DNA of 43,668 nucleotides from Trichomonas gallinae (Eukaryota): NCBI GenBank assembly GCA_008369845.1, contig MRSU01010932.1, positions 1 to 43,668 of the forward strand, read 5' to 3'. Shown piece by piece: positions 19,859 to 30,976 of this stretch (position 1 is its first letter; each line of letters starts with the position of its first letter). The notes under the pieces were generated by a model. It saw only the letters and a program-made list of their open reading frames with translations, ran no database searches and was not told where the DNA came from. The position numbers and the translations under genes were made by a program.

Positions 19859-20923
19859 ATGTCGTTGATTTCTGCAGTGTCTTCTCTGCGTCCTTCGAGC
19901 CTCAAAGAAATGATGCGAGTCAATGTTGATGTCAATAAGATATATGGTGTTGTCGATTTTGATGGGAATGGAGCAGAAATACCTTCATCGATTTATATTT
20001 TGGGAAGCGAGCTTTACATCGTTCTAGACTCTACTGATTTTAGATACCCAAAGGAAACCATTATCAGTTTAGTGGGTGTACAATGTTTAGAAATAAAAGA
20101 ATACCAAATGCCTCATGGAGTAAATTCACCAACTGATCCAAATTTCCCAGCGGTCCTTTGTATCACATATTTGAATGATGTATTCAATCAAAACTCAATT
20201 GCACAAATCAATTTCATCACGATTCGCTATTTAATCGAACAATTTGAAGATGAAGTTAACACAGTCGTCCAGCAACTTAAATTAGGTCTTAATATGAGCC
20301 AGTCAATTAACAATATTCATAACAAACTTAGAATTCGTGCGAATTCATTCGACAACGAAGCAAACGCGACAAATCAAGCCCAAATCAAGAAATCCAAGTT
20401 TACTATGAATGGATATTCGACTATCGTGTCAATGCCTGAAATAGACCACATTCGTTTATTCCTTCCGCGAAGATTTCGATTCTTACCATGGAATTTGCTA
20501 TATTCTGCCAGAGAGGACGGTGTATCTTTATCGACATTTTACCAAAAAGCGGAAAAGAAGTATCCATGCCTATTAATTGTATTAGGCGATGACGGATCGA
20601 GAGTTGGCGCTTTTCTTCCTGAAGGCATAATGATCCGCGGAGGATACTATGGAACCGGAGAAACATTTGTTTTCCACTTCAATCCTTATTTTGCAGGGTT
20701 CAGGTGGTCGCAAAGAAATGATTTATTCCTTTCATCATCAAGGAAGGATATTATCATTGGAGGAAGAACTCTTAACGCATTTGATAAGGGTAGCGCTATA
20801 TATATTAATGATAACTTCATGAATTGCTTCTCGCAAGATTGCGAAACATTTAATTCACCGCATTTAGGAGCTGGTGAGGCTTTCAATATAATCGCCGTAG
20901 AATTATGGCATCTACATTTCTAA
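19859..20923 (+). CDS. TLDc-domain protein (OXR1/NCOA7-like)
   Basis: WNLLYSAREDGVSLSTFY, GGYYGTGETFVF, IIIGG, CETFNSPHL and VELW form a TLDc domain. ATG 19859 is preferred over 19817 because TCACT (19849-19853) precedes it. Confidence 0.9.
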   Translation: MSLISAVSSLRPSSLKEMMRVNVDVNKIYGVVDFDGNGAEIPSSIYILGSELYIVLDSTDFRYPKETIISLVGVQCLEIKEYQMPHGVNSPTDPNFPAVLCITYLNDVFNQNSIAQINFITIRYLIEQFEDEVNTVVQQLKLGLNMSQSINNIHNKLRIRANSFDNEANATNQAQIKKSKFTMNGYSTIVSMPEIDHIRLFLPRRFRFLPWNLLYSAREDGVSLSTFYQKAEKKYPCLLIVLGDDGSRVGAFLPEGIMIRGGYYGTGETFVFHFNPYFAGFRWSQRNDLFLSSSRKDIIIGGRTLNAFDKGSAIYINDNFMNCFSQDCETFNSPHLGAGEAFNIIAVELWHLHF

Positions 20924-21240
20924 TGGATGATCATTTTTTTGAGAAATGAAATATCTATTAGAAAGCATGTGATAACTCAATGATACACAATGAAAGAATG
21001 ATTGCCTCGAAATTTTCCTTAATATTACGATCTTATCTTTTTTATTTTTGATTCTTATTTTGTTTGAATTAAACATTTTTTTTTAGTTATGAAATGTCAA
21101 ATATACCACAAGGTAAAAGTAATTCATATGACTGTAGTGAATACTTACGTTTAAAAAAATTATTAAAATTAAAATAAAAAACAGAAGATTTAAAATAATT
21201 CTATACAGATTATCTTTACAAACAAAACAAATAATATGAT

Positions 21241-22482
21241 CTAATAATTCTGAATAAGTCGATATAATTCTTCAGATGCAGTAACAAGAGGTACATCATC
21301 TGTTGTCATACTTTCTAAGCATTTATCAACAATATCATCTATTAACTCCTTAAATATATCGAAGTTTTGATATATTGGAAAAATTATTGCTAATTTTTCG
21401 ATGCATTTCGCGCCAATATTTGGATCATCCATGAATGCCACAAGGATGCGAACGATGTCATTGAGGTAATCCTCTATCTGCGCAAAATAGTTTGTTACGT
21501 TCAGAGCAATTAATTTTTGATTCGTGAAATTCTGTGTTTTGTAAATTTGGACGATAAATGTTGTTACTTCTTCTGAAGCCGAAGTCCAATCTGCTGCGAA
21601 GTGGTTGAGCAGCTCAAGGCATTCCTGGATAATGTTGAATCTTCCAGTTGAATCTGGCAAAAAAGAATTTGATATTAATGTTAAGCAGAGTTTGCAGTAT
21701 TCTTGTGGAACATGCTCGAACTTAGCAAGAAATGCAGCTAATTCTACAACGACAAAGTCGTCTGCTTGCGAATTCAAATTCTCAAAATTTTCATTGGAAA
21801 TTTCTAAGAGTCTGTTCATGATTTCTTCATCACTTTCTGAAATATCTATCATTTGATTGGCAATTTTGAAAAATGCCATGACATTATTCGAATATTTGCT
21901 CGCGATACAAGGAATAGCGAGATTGATGACTTCTTCATATGATGGTATCTCATATTGTGTGAGTTGGGCAAGGAATGAACCAAAATATAGTAGACAATCA
22001 ATGTTTTTGAGTTTGGACAATATACCTTTCTCCAAAAAATAGTGAATAATCTCTTCATTGTCATCGCAAACGTTAGTTAGTAAATTCATTCCTTCATTGC
22101 ATATATCTTCATCGGGATTATTCAATATATTCATAAGACGATCCAAATTTTGTGGGGTTCTCAAAACTTTCAAGTCGGGATGCTTATACTGAACAGCAAT
22201 TGTGAGCCCAATTAGTGACAATGTCTGTAGATTGACGTTATCTGAGTGTCGGAAGATTGGCCAGAGTTCGACCAACGAGAATCTTTTGCAAAATGCTTGG
22301 AGATCCCTTTGGCTCGCATCTGAGAGAAAGTGAACAAGCATAACGAGAGTCGTAAAAACATCTGAATGACCATTAAGCAAAGATTCCCACATATTTGCAA
22401 CGCAATCGTATGTCAAGCGGACGTTGTGCGAGATACTAACTTCAATGTCATCACAATGGAGTCCAATTTGCACAGACTTCAT
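21241..22482 (-). CDS. ARM/HEAT-like helical repeat protein
   Basis: Long ORF with ARM-like segments (LDRLMNILNNPDEDICNEGMNLLTNVC, IHYFLEKGILSKL). The start is uncertain (22482 vs 22623); the upstream 47 codons look like AT-rich promoter DNA. Confidence 0.7.
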   Translation of the reverse strand: MKSVQIGLHCDDIEVSISHNVRLTYDCVANMWESLLNGHSDVFTTLVMLVHFLSDASQRDLQAFCKRFSLVELWPIFRHSDNVNLQTLSLIGLTIAVQYKHPDLKVLRTPQNLDRLMNILNNPDEDICNEGMNLLTNVCDDNEEIIHYFLEKGILSKLKNIDCLLYFGSFLAQLTQYEIPSYEEVINLAIPCIASKYSNNVMAFFKIANQMIDISESDEEIMNRLLEISNENFENLNSQADDFVVVELAAFLAKFEHVPQEYCKLCLTLISNSFLPDSTGRFNIIQECLELLNHFAADWTSASEEVTTFIVQIYKTQNFTNQKLIALNVTNYFAQIEDYLNDIVRILVAFMDDPNIGAKCIEKLAIIFPIYQNFDIFKELIDDIVDKCLESMTTDDVPLVTASEELYRLIQNY

Positions 22483-23086
22483 AGCGAAGGGAAAAAAGCA
22501 AAAAAGTTCTATCAAAATAATCGTTTTCCCCTCAATCCTTACCAACTTTAAATTCTTGCGTAATATTGTTCTGTTTCCTATAAACAACCCATGCGTTACG
22601 TTATAATTTTGTGAACTACCCATAAATTTACATTAAAAATTAACCTTAAATATTCTTACAATAAAAATTTTGCGATTTTATCAAATATTATTGATCTGCT
22701 TGAAACACTTATTCTAATTTTAGCATAAATTTTACATTTAAATTCAATTGACACTTTTCTTCATTCTCTATTTTGACTTGTTTCCATATTTTTCTCACAA
22801 CAACAATATTTTTAATATCAGTACCATATGCAATAATGCCAACATATTAGGTTAGTCCAGTTCTAAATACCTTCGCTATAATAGACTTTAGTTATTAAAC
22901 TAAACTAGTAGAATTCACTTATTTAGCAATGCTAGTAGCAGATGAATTTTTGACAACTGTCAGAAATTGGAAGTTAGCGAAAACTCCTTTTTGCGCCTCT
23001 TCAGGGTGGCTATAATGCCACAAATACATCAATACTTCTCGATTAGGCACAAAAGCGAAGAATTTCTGTAAATCGTTTTATTGATT

Positions 23087-23340
23087 TCGAATTTGACCTG
23101 CAAGAACAAGAAACAACTTGCAGGCCGCCACACTTACGTGTCAGAAACTTACACGACGCTTCATTACGCATGGAGGGCGAATAATGTAATATTCGCATTC
23201 CGCAAGAATGGCTTCTTTTAGTGCATATTCCTTGGCTTTAACGCCGTTTGTGAAGTTTGCAGTACAAGAAACCCATTTTCACGACTCACAAATTATTTCA
23301 ATCATCGAATTTGACTTGCAAAAGCAAGAAACGACTTGCA
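23087..23340. repeat. Pair of 36-bp direct repeats (32/36 identical), 218 bp apart
   Basis: TCGAATTTGACCTGCAAGAACAAGAAACAACTTGCA 23087-23122 and TCGAATTTGACTTGCAAAAGCAAGAAACGACTTGCA 23305-23340, with a partial copy TTTGCAGTACAAGAAAC near 23256. Confidence 0.8.
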
Positions 23341-23631
23341 TTTCGATATTTATTCATATATTAGACGTATGTTGCTATCTGTTGTGCTTTAAAGTTATAA
23401 CAATGCTCAAAATGCGAAATTACGGTGAAAATAATTGAAAATACATGATTTCTGACCGATACAATCATTTTATACGATACAAAAATTGCTTAAACCAGAG
23501 ATTATACAATTACTATCACTATTGGTAATTACAAATTTTTCTTTCTCAGGATCCATTTTTAATTCGATAATTACAACATGTACAATCTATATATACTAAA
23601 TTTATTCATATAAACAGATAATATAAAATGC

Positions 23632-23988
23632 TCATCCTTGTTTCTTCTTGAGTACATCCCAAATCTGAAGGATACGCTCCTGGAACTCATGATCAAACTC
23701 TGATCTGCATAATGGGCACGCTTTTTCCATAATAAATCTATGTGCATTTGCAATTTTGCCGATACAGAGAGCATGACACCAGCACCCACAGCACGGCATT
23801 GTAATGCATATCTCTGCAGGTTTTATTGGCGATCTACAAGCAGTACAAGTCAATTTTCCTTCCGGTTCTTCATTGGAATTGCCTAAATCAGGAACAGTGT
23901 ATTTGGGATCACCTATGTCATCGATTTTTCTCCGAATCGCTCTGAGAATTTCGATTGCTGTCGCTTCCATGTCATCTTCTTTACTCAT
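23632..23988 (-). CDS. Small RING-finger protein
   Basis: 118 aa. CTAC...PCCGCWCHALC...CPLCR. Confidence 0.85.
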   Translation of the reverse strand: MSKEDDMEATAIEILRAIRRKIDDIGDPKYTVPDLGNSNEEPEGKLTCTACRSPIKPAEICITMPCCGCWCHALCIGKIANAHRFIMEKACPLCRSEFDHEFQERILQIWDVLKKKQG

Positions 23989-24095
23989 TATAAAAAAATT
24001 GTCAGATTATCAATGTCAAATTGGCAGATTTTATTGCTTATATGGCAAAAAAAATAAAAATAACAAAACTTATTTGATAAATAATAATAACATTC

Positions 24096-25670
24096 TTATT
24101 CGGTTCTCTTTGGTCTGGCAGCACGTCCAGCAAAGCCAGCCTGACCATCGAACTTGGCCAAACCTGTAATTTCTGTCCACTTGAATTTCAAGCTTGAGCC
24201 GATGCCAGAAAAGGCGATGAAAATGAGGAAAAAGGCAGCCAATCCTTGCGTGAATGTGAGTTGTTGGATGTTATACTGTGTGTATGTGCAGATCAAGAAC
24301 TCTTCATTGCGATATTCAGCTTTTGTATCTCTACATTTATCAAGCTCATAGAAATGTGTTGCAATAGTACTGATATTTCTAGACTTGTCGAGAATTCCAT
24401 TAACATCGTCTTGTTTATCCACGATTATGCATTTTTTAATTTGTTCGCTATAATATGGATCAGAAATGTTGAAGATATATGGCTCTTTCTCATTGAATGG
24501 AGCTACGCAATCAGCAGTGTCATTTTTATATCCAGTCTCATTAAACTTGCTAGTATAGTTCCTGATATCTAACAATGAATTTAAGAGTAAATAGTTGTCT
24601 ATATACAGGAAGACTGGTGAATTGACACAGTGGAAGAAGTATTGGAGGTTTTGAGGAATTGAACTTCTTGAGCCTAGACTGATATATGGCTTTATATCAG
24701 TGCAGAATTCATAAAGTGACCTTCCAATAGCATAGTGTAAGCCAAATGCTGCCCAACTAACAGGAATGAGAATCAAACTCATGTAGATCATTATCCAGAT
24801 TGGCCATGGACGGTAAATAGTGCCTGCAACAATGCCAAAAGTGCATGCCACAGTACTGGCAGCAAGTGTGACGATAACTAAAATCATTCTGCAAACTTCA
24901 AGTACTTTGAGCTGAGATCTTGATTGGTTGGCTGAATAGATGATGGCCTTTTTAGAATATTGCAAATCTGCTGAGAATAACGATTTATTGTAGTATGTAT
25001 CTGTAATATTCAATTTATCGTCCGATATATAATTAGTAAAGTTTTCTAATCGGTCTATTTTTTCTTCTGCATACTTATAGATTCTCTCTCGAATGGTAAG
25101 CATTGATGTGTCAACTTCTGAATTTGCGAAGAAGCTCAAAATAAGCATAAATTCAACAATGAAAGATGCTACAAGAAGGAAACCACGAGAAGAATCGATA
25201 TCGTATGTGGAATATCCTTCTCTTGGAATTGATTTACCGCCACAGCAATTGCAGCAGAATTTTGAAACCAAAACGAGTATAATGAGTAATGTAATGAAAA
25301 TTCCGAAAGCTAATGACACTAGAACATAAATATATGCGGATTGCAAGTAGTTCGAATTTCCAGGATCGAAAGTGAAGGGAAGTAACTTGAATGAAAAGTT
25401 GACGCGAGGTATATAGTCATATACGAAGTTAAGACCTGTTGAGATAAAGTTCGGTGGAGGAACTCTCCACTCCTTTCCGAACGAATCAGTGTAAGTATCA
25501 GCTAATGGCGAGGAAAAATAGTTGTTATAGAACATGCTGTACCCAACAAGTGCTGCTAGGAGCAATATTATATGGGGAAGGAAGATTTTCGCGTTAATTT
25601 TCAAAATTATAATTATTGGGTTTTTGTTAGGTTTACAAATGAAAAAAAAATCTGGTGAAAAAATACTCAT
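24096..25670 (-). CDS. Five-TM membrane glycoprotein, tweety/prominin-like
   Basis: TM1 followed by a Cys cluster (FCCNCC), paired TMs, two long helical ectodomains with N-glycan sequons, YEFCTD and QYFFHC motifs, final TM. The start is uncertain (25670 vs 25535). Confidence 0.7.
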   Translation of the reverse strand: MSIFSPDFFFICKPNKNPIIIILKINAKIFLPHIILLLAALVGYSMFYNNYFSSPLADTYTDSFGKEWRVPPPNFISTGLNFVYDYIPRVNFSFKLLPFTFDPGNSNYLQSAYIYVLVSLAFGIFITLLIILVLVSKFCCNCCGGKSIPREGYSTYDIDSSRGFLLVASFIVEFMLILSFFANSEVDTSMLTIRERIYKYAEEKIDRLENFTNYISDDKLNITDTYYNKSLFSADLQYSKKAIIYSANQSRSQLKVLEVCRMILVIVTLAASTVACTFGIVAGTIYRPWPIWIMIYMSLILIPVSWAAFGLHYAIGRSLYEFCTDIKPYISLGSRSSIPQNLQYFFHCVNSPVFLYIDNYLLLNSLLDIRNYTSKFNETGYKNDTADCVAPFNEKEPYIFNISDPYYSEQIKKCIIVDKQDDVNGILDKSRNISTIATHFYELDKCRDTKAEYRNEEFLICTYTQYNIQQLTFTQGLAAFFLIFIAFSGIGSSLKFKWTEITGLAKFDGQAGFAGRAARPKRTE

Positions 25671-26309
25671 ATTAATATTTCCAATATTCGTTTTTTATAA
25701 AAATGTCGTAATTTTTTTTTAAAAAAAAAAGAGTTTACTTATATATAATTGGATATATATATTTCATATATATTACTCAAATTGAGATTTTTTTTTTTTT
25801 TCAGTCAAAAACTTACTTTTGATTTTTCCCATAGAAAAATGTACTTTTTACTGATCCAATATTCTCTATTTTAATCAACAATTCATATGCATGCATAAAA
25901 AAAAATTGTGGGTTTTTGCTTGTGTAAATCTCAGAAATCAATACTATATTTTTGAGAACGATAGATTTATCTTTTTTTAAGGATATTATCGATTTTCTAT
26001 ATGCTACAACAGCGGATTGTGTTTCATCCAGTTTTTTTGGATTTCCGACTCGAATCGAAAATTCTCTCATATAACCTGTGATTTTATTGGCTTTTCTCCT
26101 GAAAAACCGAGGCAGACACCGCCATAGTATCATTCCTAAGCTCTTTAAAGCTCATAAGAAGTATATTGAAAAGAAAAATTATTTTATTACATTGCTACAG
26201 CCTTCTAGTGATTCAAACAGATAATAAAATAGACTAAAACATATATTTTCTCAATATAGCCTTCATGAATTTCAAAACCAAAATATCGGAATTTTTATAC
26301 TATTCATAA

Positions 26310-27061
26310 ATGTCTGGAGATGCTGTCGTCCCAGAACCTATCTAATCCTGTGACTCCAAGAGTGTCCCAGAACTTTCCAGTGGCGATGAGAATCCACACA
26401 AAAATTTTCTACGCGAAAAATTCATTCCTTATTGGCTGTCTGCATTTGTGATCTACATTGAACTCGCCCTCTATCTGGTCTTCTGTCTTATGGTCATGGC
26501 TTTGCGTGATGGGCGTGGCGCACAAGGAAATAGTCGACAAATTTTTCCCCCTTTGAATGATTCTTCTATTGAGCAACAGAATTATGCGAGATCAGTCTCA
26601 CAGTAGCCTCCAAGATTAACTGTGAGTTGTGCATTGCTTTTTAATTAATGAGAATTAGTGCGCATGACCTATCTATGAGTAAAACAGCTTGAAATGTCGA
26701 CCGTGAATGAGAACGAAAACAGGTGAAAACATGAAATTGTGTCAAACTCTTTCGTGCTGTGTCATTAAGCAATAAACAGTAACTAGGTTACATGACAAGC
26801 AGAACTGATGAAAAATTGTCCACCTTTCTTTGACACTGCAAGAAATATCTTCTATGTTTTCATGCAGCATTGAGCATCAAGACTTTGATTGCTGCAAATC
26901 CATGTGATGTGGCATACTTGAATGTTTACATATCATTTTCTTTTGCACATTTTGAAAGAATTCATGAAATTTAGGAGAATACTGATGAAGACTGCATTTG
27001 TGTCAAAACAGGTCAATGTTTAGTAGTACAAGAAAATAAAAGGAGGATATCAGTGATATAA
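26310..27061 (+). pseudogene. Degraded gene with N-terminal TM and saposin-B-like Cys motifs
   Basis: TCATA then ATG 26310: MSGDAVVPEPI*SCDSK...FIPYWLSAFVIYIELALYLVFCLMVMAL...SQ*. Shifted frames give NCELCIAF* (26621), MKLCQTL (about 26731) and KYLLCFHAALSIKTLIAANPCDVAYLNVYISFSFAHFERIHEI*ENTDEDCICVKTGQC (26843-27019). Confidence 0.55.
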
Positions 27062-27312
27062 AAAGAATATTACAAATTGAATTTGATCATTGATTTAAAA
27101 GATTTTCTATCAATAATAGAAATATGTATGTGTTTTAATATACAATGGCAGAAGAATAGAGCCTCAAAACACGAAATTTGAGAGAAGGAAAATTTAATAA
27201 TCGCTAAAAATGAAAAATTTTATGATAAATATGTTTTATGTTTTGAGTAGATGCTATTTTTCAAAAGAAAACGGAATTCCATTATAAAATTTTGAGTCCG
27301 TTACAACAAGAA

Positions 27313-30300
27313 ATGAATGAAAAAAAGGACTTAGAGTGGCTTCGAAGTCCTAATATTGCGCTTGTTGGATCTTTGATTACGGGAGGAATGATCACTCCAA
27401 GTACTAAAGTAATTCTTCCAGAAGATCCTTATGAAATTCCATATCAGCCTAAAAAAACAATTACGCCTAAAACTGCAGCACAATCACGACTTCTTTCACC
27501 TCTTGTATCTCGTCCTCAAACAAGAGGACCAACAACAGCCTTAAATTCTCCGAAATCAAAAAAATCTTCGGCAAAAAGACCGGAAACATCACAAAAAGTT
27601 CGCGAAAAAAGAAAGGAAATGGCCCCAATACCAGCTCCTCCCAAGCCTGAAGACGAAGGACTGAATTTACCTCCGATCTCAGAATTAATCAGCACGAAAC
27701 CAAGAATTGTCACTGCCAAAGACGGTCAGGAGCTCCTAGCTAACTTCAGGAAGCAAATATCCGAGATAAACACGAGTCCAGATCTTCCTCCCCAAGAAAG
27801 ATTTAGGAATATTCTCGAAGGCATTGATGTTTCTTTCTTGTTTTGGAACAAGGTCATCACAGACGTTAGAAGTTTCTCTGAAGATTATTCCAAACTGTTA
27901 AATGAAATCAAAACTTTCTATAAACACAAGCTATCTGACTTTCCTGATATAGGTGATGAGTTTGTGGCTATAATAGATGCTAAAGAACACGAAAATAATC
28001 AATTATTCGAAGAAAATACGAATTTGAAAAAATCGATCGAAGAATGTGAATCGACAATCGCACATATGACAGAACAAACACTCTCATTACAGAATAAAAT
28101 CGAAGAAAAGACAACAAGAGAGCTCGAATTACGACACAGAATTGCAGATCTCGAATATGAAAACGACCAAACGAAACAAGAGTTCGCGCAGCTAAACTGC
28201 AAGATAATGAGGGAACAGAATACTAATAAAGAGCTTGAAGAACAAATAGTGAACCTCCAAAACACAATTATGGATAATCAGTTTTTAATTAAATCCCAAG
28301 AGCAAGAAATCCAAAAGTTCCAGGAGAAAGGTGCCTCATTTAGGCCAATGTATCTTGAGGCATCGAAAGAACTCGCTGATCTCAAACTCGTTCTCAAGAA
28401 AAAAGATGAAGAAATAGAAAAACTGTCTTACAAGCCTCCATTTGAAGAGGTAGAAGTGATGACAGACGAATCCTATATAGAGCAGATGCGCAACCAGTCC
28501 AAGTCAAAGCACAAACGCCGTGGAGCTGACAAGAAAGCCAAAGACTCGCCGATAAATCAGTCGCAAACAAACCTTGGCGCAAGTCCAGGAAAAATCACGA
28601 TCAGACCATCACCGGGCAAGATGATAATGAGCAGTGAGAACATGCAAGACTCGGCTCTCAACAAGTCCAGCTCCAGGTTCAGGCAGCCACCAGAAAGCCC
28701 AGCCCTGCAAAGATTAGAACTCGCGACAACTAAAAACGACAGCACGAAGATATCAAAAGAGCAGATTCCTATGGACAAAACTGATTCTCTCGAGAAGATA
28801 AGTGGCGAGAGCAAGACACTCCAGAGAGCTGAGTCAACTGTGGACACAGGCAAAATCAAGGCTTCTTCGTCAAAAATTTCGCTCGCTTTGAACAACAAAG
28901 ACAAAATCATGTCGTATTCGAGCACGCACAGAATATTATCAATGAACGAAGAGATAAACGGACAGTACGGCGTTGTACCTAACCAGCAGGAGCCTGCACC
29001 GCCAGCAGAACCCATTCCAGAACAAAATGAAGAACCAAACTCAATACTGACAGAAAATACAGTCGAACAACAACCACAACAGCAGCAAAAGCAGCAGCAA
29101 GAACCTGAAGTACCTCAAACACCAGAAATCGTGCAGCCTAAAGACAAACACCTTAAGACACACTTGAGCACGAAGAACGAAGGGCAACTTATTACGACTG
29201 ATTCGAATGGCTACGTCGTTGGAATTTCTTCCCTTCCTCCTACGATGGTCGACTGCATGTACAGATTGCTGCCGATAACAGTCGAGCAGCCGCTGACTGC
29301 GCCTGCTTCTGACGTCATATCATTGACACTGAAAGACGTCAATCTTAAGCCAAAGAGCTACGGCTGGCTTTTGTCGTATATTATTGACTTCTTCTGCAGC
29401 TTCAACGGAACTGACGTCACGACAATAATGACGACAGACACTGTTACACTGCTCAAAAACTGCTTGCTGCAAAAGTCGAAAATCCCAACAACAATGAATC
29501 GATTATACGTTGATATAATAAATACAGCACAATTATTCAAGACAACATCACAGTGCGTGAATCTGTTCATACAGTTTGTCATACAAGAATATTCAACAAT
29601 CGATTTATGTTTCTTCAATGTTCTGTTCTCTGTTTGTTATGACTTCTTGTATCCTAAGACGCAGAGCTTGCTTGAGTACGATGAAGTGACAACAGACTCC
29701 TACCAGTTCTTGATACACGTTGACTTGTGCCAGAACATCATCGACACTTTGTTCCCGTTCGCTAAGGAGAAACTTCCTGCTGAAAACCTCGCGCACACAA
29801 CAAGACACACTCCTTCTCCCAAGCTCATCTCGTTCTGGTCGTTCGCCAGGTACATGCTGAACCTGTTCAGGAGGATCCACATGCAGTTCCACAGACAGGT
29901 GAAGGCACTGCTGAACTTGAGCGGCTACGAACCGGAAAATCCTCTCAACAACGAAGTCTTCTCTAATTTCTTCATCCTCGCTCGCCCGTTCATCAAGACT
30001 GAGGAAGTGAAGAAGATGTGGGAAAGGTACTCTTTAGAGCAAGAGATAAAGAAGAACACTAATCTCGACGCCCACAGTCTGATACAGTTTTGCGCTGATT
30101 TCCCTGAAGTCACGAACACTGTCTTAGAACTTCCTTACGCGCCAAACTTCGACACACTTTTCGGCGATTTCCCGATACACATGCAGCAGCTGATGCTCTT
30201 CTTCAGAAAGAGATACGTCTCCTTCATGAGAAAGGTCGTCTTCAACATTCCTTCTCACATCAGACAAGCAATAGAAGCTTCTTATGTAAGAATTAGGAAT

Positions 30301-30504
30301 TCGATCATAAGATGCGACTTGTCAACCTGTGTTACTTGCTACAGACATTTCCTTCAAGTTGCTGACCTCCGCATCACCGAAGATCATCCTTATCTATCAT
30401 TCACGTCGACTGTTGAACCAGAACTCATCGATGCATTAATCAAGATGCTTCGTGCAAGAGAAATGTTAGTCTCTGAGGTCATCCTGACGAACACAGAATC
30501 TTAA
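27313..30504 (+). CDS. Large coiled-coil protein with S/P/Q-rich linker and helical C-terminal domain (possibly flagellar/cytoskeletal)
   Basis: The track start at 27292 is TTG; the first ATG is 27313. Heptad-rich region at about aa 220-380, low-complexity middle, about 400-aa globular C-terminus. Function is not determinable from sequence reading. Confidence 0.8.
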   Translation: MNEKKDLEWLRSPNIALVGSLITGGMITPSTKVILPEDPYEIPYQPKKTITPKTAAQSRLLSPLVSRPQTRGPTTALNSPKSKKSSAKRPETSQKVREKRKEMAPIPAPPKPEDEGLNLPPISELISTKPRIVTAKDGQELLANFRKQISEINTSPDLPPQERFRNILEGIDVSFLFWNKVITDVRSFSEDYSKLLNEIKTFYKHKLSDFPDIGDEFVAIIDAKEHENNQLFEENTNLKKSIEECESTIAHMTEQTLSLQNKIEEKTTRELELRHRIADLEYENDQTKQEFAQLNCKIMREQNTNKELEEQIVNLQNTIMDNQFLIKSQEQEIQKFQEKGASFRPMYLEASKELADLKLVLKKKDEEIEKLSYKPPFEEVEVMTDESYIEQMRNQSKSKHKRRGADKKAKDSPINQSQTNLGASPGKITIRPSPGKMIMSSENMQDSALNKSSSRFRQPPESPALQRLELATTKNDSTKISKEQIPMDKTDSLEKISGESKTLQRAESTVDTGKIKASSSKISLALNNKDKIMSYSSTHRILSMNEEINGQYGVVPNQQEPAPPAEPIPEQNEEPNSILTENTVEQQPQQQQKQQQEPEVPQTPEIVQPKDKHLKTHLSTKNEGQLITTDSNGYVVGISSLPPTMVDCMYRLLPITVEQPLTAPASDVISLTLKDVNLKPKSYGWLLSYIIDFFCSFNGTDVTTIMTTDTVTLLKNCLLQKSKIPTTMNRLYVDIINTAQLFKTTSQCVNLFIQFVIQEYSTIDLCFFNVLFSVCYDFLYPKTQSLLEYDEVTTDSYQFLIHVDLCQNIIDTLFPFAKEKLPAENLAHTTRHTPSPKLISFWSFARYMLNLFRRIHMQFHRQVKALLNLSGYEPENPLNNEVFSNFFILARPFIKTEEVKKMWERYSLEQEIKKNTNLDAHSLIQFCADFPEVTNTVLELPYAPNFDTLFGDFPIHMQQLMLFFRKRYVSFMRKVVFNIPSHIRQAIEASYVRIRNSIIRCDLSTCVTCYRHFLQVADLRITEDHPYLSFTSTVEPELIDALIKMLRAREMLVSEVILTNTES

Positions 30505-30976
30505 TTACAATTATTTATATAAAGTATGTATGTTTTTTGTTTTATTCATATGATATTATGTTTACCTTTCAGCATCAACAAATATAGCTTCACTTTTCCA
30601 AATACATCTTTAGAAAGCTGATAATAATAGGAAAATTTTGCAAATAGTTATTGTTTACTATGGAAATGATTTAAAATGTGAGTTAAGGGCAAAACTATAA
30701 TATTCACAAATATAACTTTACTTTTCAGAATATATTTATAGCGGTGATAGAATAAATAAATCAACAGTGATAATAACGGCATATTCATTAGACTCAAGTG
30801 TATTATATTGATATTACATATATATGAATGATCATTACTGTAAAATATTTTAACAAAATTTAAAACATGAAAATTAGAGTGAAAGATTTAAATAATAATA
30901 TCTACATGTGTTATGAATTGTTTTTGTACAATTAAATTGATTTGTTGCTTTTAAATTTAAAAGTGTCAAAATATAA

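Noticed and set aside
23087..23340. 36-bp repeats as a CRISPR array or LTR pair
   Set aside because: Only two full copies with a 182-bp gap; no regular spacers, TG..CA ends or retroelement ORF.
25813..26133. 106-aa minus-strand ORF
   Set aside because: K/I/F-rich translation of AT-rich DNA with no recognisable motif; cannot be supported as a gene.
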